A DNA stretch of 64,000 bases, taken from NCBI RefSeq assembly GCF_018350175.1, contig NC_058368.1:201998001-202062000 (forward strand). Direction: 5' to 3'. The DNA is from Felis catus. Its lineage: Eukaryota. Under the pieces are notes generated by a model that was not told the DNA's origin, did no database searches, and saw only the letters and a list, made by a program, of their open reading frames with translations. This document shows, one piece after another, positions 55,128-64,000 of this stretch. Within the stretch, counting starts at the first letter, position 1. Every line of letters begins with the position of its first letter. A program made the translations under genes and the position numbers.

Positions 55128-56728
55128 TTGTATTCATAGAAACTATAGAGTACTGTGTGCATTGTTTTGTATTCTTTAAAATTAGTGTTTTAAACCCAAA
55201 TGTATTGTTCTGCATATTGCTTTCTGTTATCATTCAGTATTAATTCTTGAAGATCTAGCCATATTACATGGGCATAACTTGTTTCTTTTACTTGTGCACA
55301 CAGTATAAATATACCAGCCTTCTTAGACATTTTCCTCTCAATGTACCCCAGTTTGTTGAACTTTTATTCTATTGTAAACCATTCAATAATGAACACTTCT
55401 TTATACATCTCTCTCTCTGGGCATGACTGCATGTGCTCCTCTAGGGATAATACCACATAGTAGAATTGCTGAATCAGAAATTATGTGCATTTTAATTTTA
55501 ATACAGACTTGCAATTTGCCCTCTAAAGTGACAGTTTACCTCTCCCTTAGTCCCATATTTGACTATAATTCTCCCTCGATCCTAACCAGCACTTGATATT
55601 ATTAAACTCTTTGGTTTTTGGCAGCATGAGCGCTAAAAGCTATATCACTTTTGTTTTAATTTGCATTTTGGAGTTGGACATACTTATATATATGTATATG
55701 TGTGTTTGTTAACATCCTGTATCCATTTATCTATTGGGCTTATATATTTTTAAATTGATGTCTGGAAGACAGCTATAAATTTTAAGTACTGATTTGTACT
55801 TTTTATTGAAATTACAAATACTGTCTCCCAGTTGTCTTTAAACATTTGCATGGTGTTTTTTATTGTGAGGAAGTTTCACTGTTTTTGTTTTCTCCTGTCA
55901 TTTTTATAGAAGTATTTTCATAGGAGTTTTTCACCTTTCAGTTTTCAATCCATTTGAAATGTACTTTTATTTACTGTGTGTGATAGGGCACTAACTTTAT
56001 TAAATTATTTTTATGTAGATAGCCATTGTCTCAACCCTCAGTATTGAATAGTTCTCCTTCTTCCTTTAGCTTTGAAACATCACCCTAATCATATTCCAAA
56101 TTCCCATGTGCTATTCTGTTCCTTTATTGTTTCAATGTGTTTTGGACATTTTATAGAGTTGGGCACAGTAAGAAATGAATTTACCTTATAACCTGATTCA
56201 CCACCCATGCACACGCAGCACACACACATGCACACACACACTAAACAAAATGTTCATTAAGCTATGCCCACACCTAATAGTTGTGTTACACTGATAATTT
56301 CTCTTCTCTTCTAATTCATTAAAAAACAAATCTCGTGGTAACTGTTATCTTGACTTCTTGACCACTAATAGTTTCCAAGTTGCAATCCAGAAATTTTATT
56401 CCATTAATTTCTTGGTGTTTTCTAGCATCATGAATACATTAATATTAATTTTGTGAAACATTATGATACATCTTTATATCTTTGTTCTTTTCTTTTTAAT
56501 AGGTTTTCCAATGTCCTGCATTTTTACTCTTTCATGTAGATTTTTTTGGAATCAAATTCCACAACAAATACTGCTTGGTTTTTGACTGATTTTCACTGAA
56601 TCTGTAGAATAATTTGGAGGGGAATGAATGATTTTCTGATATTATATTATCACCTGTGATTTAAATCTCATTCGACTTAGAATATCTATTACAATTAATT
56701 TTTTTCCTCTTTAAAATATATTAAAGAA

Positions 56729-57300
56729 ATATACCCTATGACCCAGCAATTGCACTACTACATATTTATCCAAGGGATACAGGTGTGCTGTTTTGAAGGG
56801 ACACATGCACGCCCATGTTTATAGCAGCACTATCGACAATAGCCAAAGTATGGAAAGAGCCCAAATGTCCATTGGATGGATGAATGGATAAAGAAGATGT
56901 GGTATATATATACAATGGATTATTACTTGGCAATCAAAAACAATGAAATCTTGCCATTTGCAACTATGTGGATGGAACTGGAGGGTATTATGCTAAGTGA
57001 AACTAGTCAGAGAAAGACAAAAATCATATGACTTCACTCATACGAGGACTTTAAGAGACAAAACAGATGAACATAAGGGAAGGGAAACAAAAATAATATA
57101 AAAGCAGGGAGTGGGACAAAACATAAGAGACTCATAAATATGGAAAACAAACAGGGTTATTGTAGGGGGTGTGGGAGGGGGGATGGGCTAAATGGGTAAG
57201 GGGCACTAAGGAATCTACTCCTGAAATCATTGTTGCACTATATGCTGACTAATTTGGATGCAAATTTAAAAAAAAAGAAAAAGAAAAATAAGAAAATAAA
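56729..57300 (+). mobile_element. 5'-truncated carnivore L1 3' end
   Basis: Closely matches 13430-13990. Confidence 0.92.
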
Positions 57301-57304
57301 AATT

Positions 57305-58500
57305 GTGTGTATTTAGGGTGTGCAGCATACTGATTTGTTATACATATATAGTGAAATGTTGCTATAGTCAATGAATTAACATAGCATCTCACAAAGTTGG
57401 TTTTTTGTGTGATGGGCACACCTGAAATTTACTGTCTTAGCATATTTGCAGTGTTCAGTACGGTGTTATTAAGTGTAGTCTTTATGCTGTACATTAGCTC
57501 TCTAGTCTTACCCTGCAGAATTGCAGCTTTGTACCTTTTGACCAGCATCTCCTCATTTCCCCCACTCCTCCAATCCCTGGTTACCATCCTTCTACTCTCT
57601 CTGCTTCTACAAGTTCAACTTTTTTCTATTTTTCGGTTCCACATAAAAGTGAAACTATACAGTATTTGTCTCTTCCTGTCTGGCTTATTTCACTTAGCAT
57701 AATGTCCTCCAGGTTCATCCCTGTTATCGTCAAAGGCAGAGTTTCCTTCTTTCTCACAGCTGAATAATGTTCCATCCTTTTTATCCATCCTTCTTTCTGT
57801 GGGCACTTGGGTTGTTTCCACATCTTAGCTCTCGCGAACAATGCTGCAGTGAGCATGGCAGTGCTGATATCTCTTTGAAATCCTGATTTCATTTCCTTTA
57901 GGTATTTACCCAGAAATGGGATTGCTGGATCATATGGCAGTTCTGTTTTTAATTTTTTGAGGAATCTCCATACTGTTTTCCATACTGGCTAAACCAATTT
58001 ACATTCCCACTCACAGTGTACAGGAGTTCCCTTTTCTTAAGTATCTGTTGGCCGTTTGTATCTCTTCTTTCGAGAAATGTTTATTCAGCTCCTCTGCCTG
58101 TTTTTATTTTATTTTATTTTATTTTATTTTATTTTATTTTATTTTATTTTATTTTATTTCATTTCATTTCATTTCATTTCAATTCAATTTATTTATTTAT
58201 TTATTTTAGAGAGAGAGATTGAGAGTGAGCAGTGGAGAGGGTCAGGGGGAGAGAGAGTCTTCAGCAGGCTCCACACTCAGTGTGGAACCCAACACGGGGC
58301 TCTATCTCATGACCTTGAGATCATGACCTAAGCCTAAATAAATCAAGAGTCAGATGTTTAACCAACTGAGCCACCTGGGTACCCCTACTATACAGAAACC
58401 TATTAGTTTGCTATAGTTCCACATGTTTATATTTGTTTTTGTTGCTCATATCCATGAAATCATTGCCCACACCAATGTCAAAAAGCTTGTCCCCCAGGCT
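57305..58500 (-). mobile_element. Older L1 3' fragment, interrupted by a CanSINE with a (TTTTA)n tail at about 58103-58385
   Basis: ORF 57626-57892 resembles the ORF2 C-terminus (AKMWKQPKCP...LEDIMLSEISQ). Confidence 0.8.
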
Positions 58501-59611
58501 TTCTATTTCTCCAGGTTTATGATTCAGATGGAAACCAAAGTCTAGAATATGCCAAAGACCTAAGGAGGGCAGACAGCAAGAAACCCTGAAATCATCTGGT
58601 TAAGATATTGTTGCTAGTACTGTACTCTTGATATCAATGCTCAGAGTAAAGGCACCTAGTAGATTTTTAGTACAATTGTGAATGAATGGATGAATGAAAG
58701 GCACGTAGTAAATAAGTTTTGAATGGATGACTATATGAACACATACCCTATCATTGCTAGATGTTTGCCGTTGCTGTGTGATTAATTTCTCAATTCTGTG
58801 TAGGGCCTTAAGTCATTCTCTCTAATTTTAAAGTCCTGGATGGGAGGATGTGATTTGTCAAGTAGCCATGCCCTTACCCTCAGAGAGGTAGAAGAAATAT
58901 CTGGTTGTTCGGCTTACATAGTGACTGAGGGGGCTTTGCCTCTCATTAAAACTTACACGTACGGATATGGTATTCAGATTCTGGTTATCAAAAATATGAT
59001 AATCTACTACTACAGTGTTGGATTAATTTTGTGTTATTTATCTGGAAATAATAGTAACCTGTTTTATTACTAAAACAGTTTAACTATTAGTTGTATTTTC
59101 TCTCTAACTGATATGAACAGTTATTATAGTACCTCCTATTCCTTATGTTGTATAAAAAGGTATTTAGTTGATGGATTATTACTCAATGCTATACCTCAAA
59201 TTAAAGGCTACATTGTTGAAAACAAGAAGAAATGTGCCTCTCTAAAATTCAGATGGAACCATGTCCCTTTTAAATGGTTATTTGAAATGATTTCAAGTCA
59301 GTTTAGAAAGTAGAGGAATAACCTTTATACCTGGTACTAAGTTACCAGCAGGAACTTCGTTTAATGAAGTTTAACTAACATCTTTTCTTGGCTAATTTTA
59401 TAACATTTTCCATCATATTGCTGAATCTTTGAATTATGGTTGGTAAACCTGGCTTCATTTGTGTAGAAGCCATCTACATTTTCTAGTATTTCCCTCACTT
59501 TTGATGCTGCCTGCATAAAATTCCAAAAATTTTGAGACTAAGCTATGCTTATATAACACCAGTCACATAGTTCCTAGAGCTTGAGGGATTCCAAAGGGAA
59601 GACTTGGAGAC

Positions 59612-59655
<44 letters not shown>

Positions 59656-59699
59656 CAGACACACGTATACATACACATACATACTTTTCTTACATCATT

Positions 59700-59919
59700 A
59701 AAAAATTTTTTTTAACATTTATTTATTTTTTGAGAGGCCGAGAGAGACAGAGCACGAGCAGGGGAGGGGCAGAGGGAGAGGGAGGCACAGAATCTGAAGC
59801 AGGCTCCAGGCTCTGAGCTGTCAGCACAGAGCCCGACGTGGGGCTCGAACCCACAAGCTGTGAGATTATGACCTGAGTCAAAGTCATATATCCAACCGAC
59901 TAAGCCACCCAGGTGCCCC
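59700..59919 (-). mobile_element. CanSINE, preceded by (TG)n at about 59614-59652
   Basis: Consensus match. Confidence 0.9.
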
Positions 59920-60043
59920 TTATTATATACTTTTTAAATATACATTTTATACTCAGGTTAGGCTTATACCCATTTAGGTTTCTTGTGCATGTTGGTGAGT
60001 TTCTGTTCTAAGGTTATGGAATTCAGGAGCCACATGTATTTTA

Positions 60044-60839
60044 TTATTTATTTATTTAATTTTATTTTTTAATTTACATCCAAGTTAGCATATAGTGCAA
60101 TAATGTTTTCAGGAGTAGATTCCAGTGATTCATCCCCTATCTATAACACCCAATGCTCATCCCAAGTGTCTTCCTTAATGCCCCTTACCATTTAGCCCAT
60201 CCCCCCACCCACAGCCCCTCCAGCAACCCTGTTTGTCCTCTGTATTTAAGATTCTCTTATATTTTGTCCCCCTCCCTGTTTTTATATTATTTTTGCTTTC
60301 CTTCCTTTATGTTCATCTGTTTTGTATCTTAAATTCCACATATGAATGAAGTCAAATGATATTTGTCTTTCTCTGACTAATTTCACTTACCATAATATCC
60401 TCTAGTTCCATCCACGTAGTTACAAATGGCAAGATTTCATTCTTTTTGATTGCCAAGTAATACTCCATTGTGTGTGTGTATATATATGCCACATCTTCTT
60501 TATCCTTTCATCCATCGATGGACATTTGGGCTCTGTCCATACTTTGGCTATTGTTGATAGTGCTGCTATAAACATGGGGTGCATGTGTCCCTTCGAAACA
60601 GCACACCTGTATCCCTTAGATAAATGCCTAGTAGTGTAGTTGCTGGGTCATAGGGTAGTTCTGTTTTTAACTTTTTGAGGAACCTCCATACTGTTTTCCA
60701 GAGTGGCTGCACCAGCTTGCTTTCCCACCAGCAGTGCAAAAGAGATCCTCTTTCTCCGCATCCTTGCCGACATCTGTAGTTGCCAGAGTTGCTAATGTTA
60801 GCCACTCTGACTAGTGTGAGGTAGTATCTTACTGACAAA
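60044..60839 (-). mobile_element. 5'-truncated carnivore L1 3' end
   Basis: ORF 60566-60838 encodes the L1 C-terminus. Degenerate TSD at 60030-60043 and 60840-60853. Confidence 0.92.
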
Positions 60840-63800
60840 CCATGTGTATTTTAGACTCTATCACATCAGTATTGTGCTGATCAGATGGCATCTAAATAAC
60901 AGATGCAGAGAAAAAAAATGATCATGATTCTTTACTTCAATATGAAATTTAATTTGGGAGGAGCTGAAAATTACAAGAAGCAAGGAGCAATTTTCTTGTG
61001 TTATTGTACAAATTTTGAATATGAAGTTTAAGATACCATATTTTATTCTTATTCAGAGGAATTGTTTCATAAAGTCAGTTAAACTCCGTACAGTAAGAAG
61101 CATCATATAAATGGAGCTACAGAATGTTAAAAATAGGAATCCATTTTGTGTACAGATGTTGGCCTCATGTTAGAGTGGCCTTCTGACAATTTCTGTCAGG
61201 ATTCTAAATGTTCCATCTATATTTTAGGATGTAACATGGGACCTCATTGACATCTACGGTAAAATAAAGAAGAGCCCTATATTTCCTATCTCTGCCCCAG
61301 TCAGAATTGTCCCATTTTACCAGTTTTTTTATGTTGTGGTACATTTAACTCTTGCAAATAAAAGTTACTGCTTTTAAAGCATGTTTGGAAACACTGTCTT
61401 ATGCAAGAAATTTCAATTTGCCTTTTCCACTTTTTTTCTATAGAAGAACAAAGTAGACTTTTATTTTGAGTGATATGATTCCTAAATAGACCCATTAAGG
61501 TCCTACTATTGTCATTTCTCTGAAGATTTCAAATTGCTTAAATGTCCATATACTTAAAAACTTTTAATTATGAAAATAAAAGAGAATTAGGAAAATAAGA
61601 GACAGATGTAAATTACCATTTGACTTTAAGAAGAGCCTTTTAAAAATATAGTTCAGAAATTGAGCAATTGGGTATAGTCTTAGAAATGTTGATTTCATGG
61701 ATGTTTTTGCAACACTCCAAAATAGCAGAACTACATTGCAGTTGTGGTTTTGGGGAAGTTGAAACATTGTCCATTGAGTTCAATGGACATATTAGTTTGT
61801 TGGCTAACTACAAAATAGAGGCAAAACTTTTTACATATTTTTGATCTTCTGATAGGAAAGCAAGCTGCAGAAGCTTCTGCGAAGTATTACAAGAAGCAGG
61901 GAGGTGACAAGGAAGGCTGAGAAACTGGCCTGACACAAAGAAAGGCTACACACATTCAGTTGAAAGTGTGAATGTTTAAAGTATGTTGATCACACCATCT
62001 GTCATCACATTGCTATGTTGCTGCACTATAAGTTTATTTCATCTTTTATTCATATTTTCTTTCATTTAAGATCGCAGTTTAATAGTTTGAAAGTGATGAG
62101 GAAGCACATTCCATTATCATAAGAATTTCGTATCTTTGAGAGTCAGTACACATCATTGGTTGTAAGAATCCGAACCCGGCCACACCTAATTTTGTATTAA
62201 CATCTGTCGTTGTCTTGATATGTGATCTAGGGAAAGATGGGTAACCTTCCTTTGCCTCAGCTTCCTCATCTATGACGTAGGAATGATAAAAATGGTACTT
62301 ATGTCATAGAACTGCTATAAAGATGGAATGATGTGAAAAATACATAACTTTAGGTAACACATAGCTTTTGTTATATTCCCCAGTGAGATAAATGGTGAGA
62401 GGAAGTTAAGTGGGGGAATTATTCAGCAATTAATATATTACTAACATTTACCCCATGATAGCTCATTTAATTCCTTCTGCGGTCTCAGGAAATATGTATT
62501 GTGCCATTTTACAATTGAGGAAACTGAGGTGTCCAACACGAAGATACTTTGTATTGCCCTGTCAGCAACGTCAGGCAAGGAACCTGACCCTGGGCTGCTG
62601 CCTTGTGAAATGGGGGTGAAAATTCATATTCTAACTTCCTAATGTTGGAAGGCTCCAATGAGCCACATCACTGAAAAGAGCGTGGTGTCCCAGAGTCACC
62701 TTCTGGAATGTAAAGGCCTCCTGCTAGGAGTGATAGTGTTGCCATGTCTTCTCGCGAGTCCTCCCGCAAGAAAGATAGTCTGTCGTCAGCCCCACGAGGT
62801 GCCAGGGAAATAATGCAAGGGTCAAAATAGCCTTCTCTGGGTGCTCCGGCCTCTCGGGCCTCTGGCAGCTCAATGGCCTACAGCTCCAAGGCCTGGGACT
62901 CCTCATTCTGAGCAAGGGTGCCTTGCCAGCATAAACTCTGCTGAGCAGAGGCCAGCAGTAATGACTGACACTCAGCTTAGCCCTGGGGAAAAGACTCACA
63001 GAAATCTCCAAAGACTTTGTCCCTGAAGCAACAAGTGAGCAGTTTTGCAGGATGTGAAAGAATTTTCAGTAGACACGCCGCCTTGGACATTTTGACCTCC
63101 TGTGGCCCCTTCCTTCTCTGTAAGTTAAGATTTCCTGTCACACAGCAGCAAGGAGATAAAGCAAACTAGCTCAGCTTTCTAAGGATCCCTGAAGGACCAG
63201 CAAAGACCATAACTGCTATGAGCAAATGCTGAATGTTTTTTAAAAATCCAGGATACCAAGGTGACATATTTTGAGGGGAGTGTGTCCTGAATCACCTCAA
63301 AGGCATAAATTAAAAGTGGCTGGAGACAACTGGGCAACTATGATTTGCATTTCAGAGGTGGAATCAACTGAACTCTCCCATATGTGATTCAGTATTGTGG
63401 GTCAGGGGAAGAGAAGGCTAATGCATCTCCCTTGGATATATTGAGTTTGAAGCACCTGCGGGATATCTAGGTTTAGATGCTCAGTAGACACTCAGAGCTA
63501 TGGACATGGGGATCCAGAAGCAAGTCTGGAATGGAGCTAAGAGTTTTGTGAATAAAGGATATTAGAGATAATAGTTGAATCCAACATGGGAGTGTCAAAT
63601 TGAAAAGGAAAGGGGCCAGAGAACAAAGTCCCAAGGGATACCACATTTATGGGTAGTTGGAGGAGTTTGTGTGGCCAGCAAAGTATTAAAATCCTGAAAT
63701 AGAAGCAAGGGAAAGAGAATTTCAAGGCGTATGTAGTCCCTGGCAATGGCTGATACTTGGGAGACATTAAATAAAACATGAGCTGTGAAAAGAGGTAGTC

Positions 63801-64000
63801 AGGTTAAACAACACCATTTTTAACCTATGGTAAAGCACTTTTTGTAATGTGGTAATAAGATACCAGAATATGCTATATTGGGTGAAGGCAGAGGCTGTGT
63901 AGAGAACTCCTTTATGAAATTGACCAGTGAAGTAAATTTCTTCATTTGACAGAGACAGGACTAACTTTTAAGGGTACCCCAGAGCTAAAGGCGAATGAGG

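Noticed and set aside
49200..64000. EMB exon 3 (start of the first Ig domain)
   Set aside because: No segment encoding an EKNITLERPS/NLTCQF-like peptide was found by eye; it probably lies beyond the window.

Overview
Mammalian genomic DNA from a carnivore, very likely a felid, judged from felid-type tRNA-derived CanSINEs and carnivore LINE-1s. Bases 1-34800 are intergenic and repeat-rich. They hold a full-length but dead L1 (6195-14016) with two nested SINEs, several L1 3' fragments, LTR/MaLR relics and an unidentified GC-rich, coding-like relic (22.4-24.1 kb). A CpG island at about 34.9-35.75 kb carries the promoter and signal-peptide exon 1 of embigin (EMB) on the + strand. The main result is that EMB exon 2 occurs as four tandem 90-nt, phase 1-1 copies (47325, 47712, 48537, 49110), all open and all with canonical splice sites, so the glycosylated N-terminal stalk could be extended or varied. 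Two near-identical young SINEs in opposite orientation bracket copies 3-4 and could loop them out in the pre-mRNA. No exon for the Ig domains was found, so exon 3 onward probably lies beyond 64000. Gene and repeat names come from recalled sequence similarity, not database searches.
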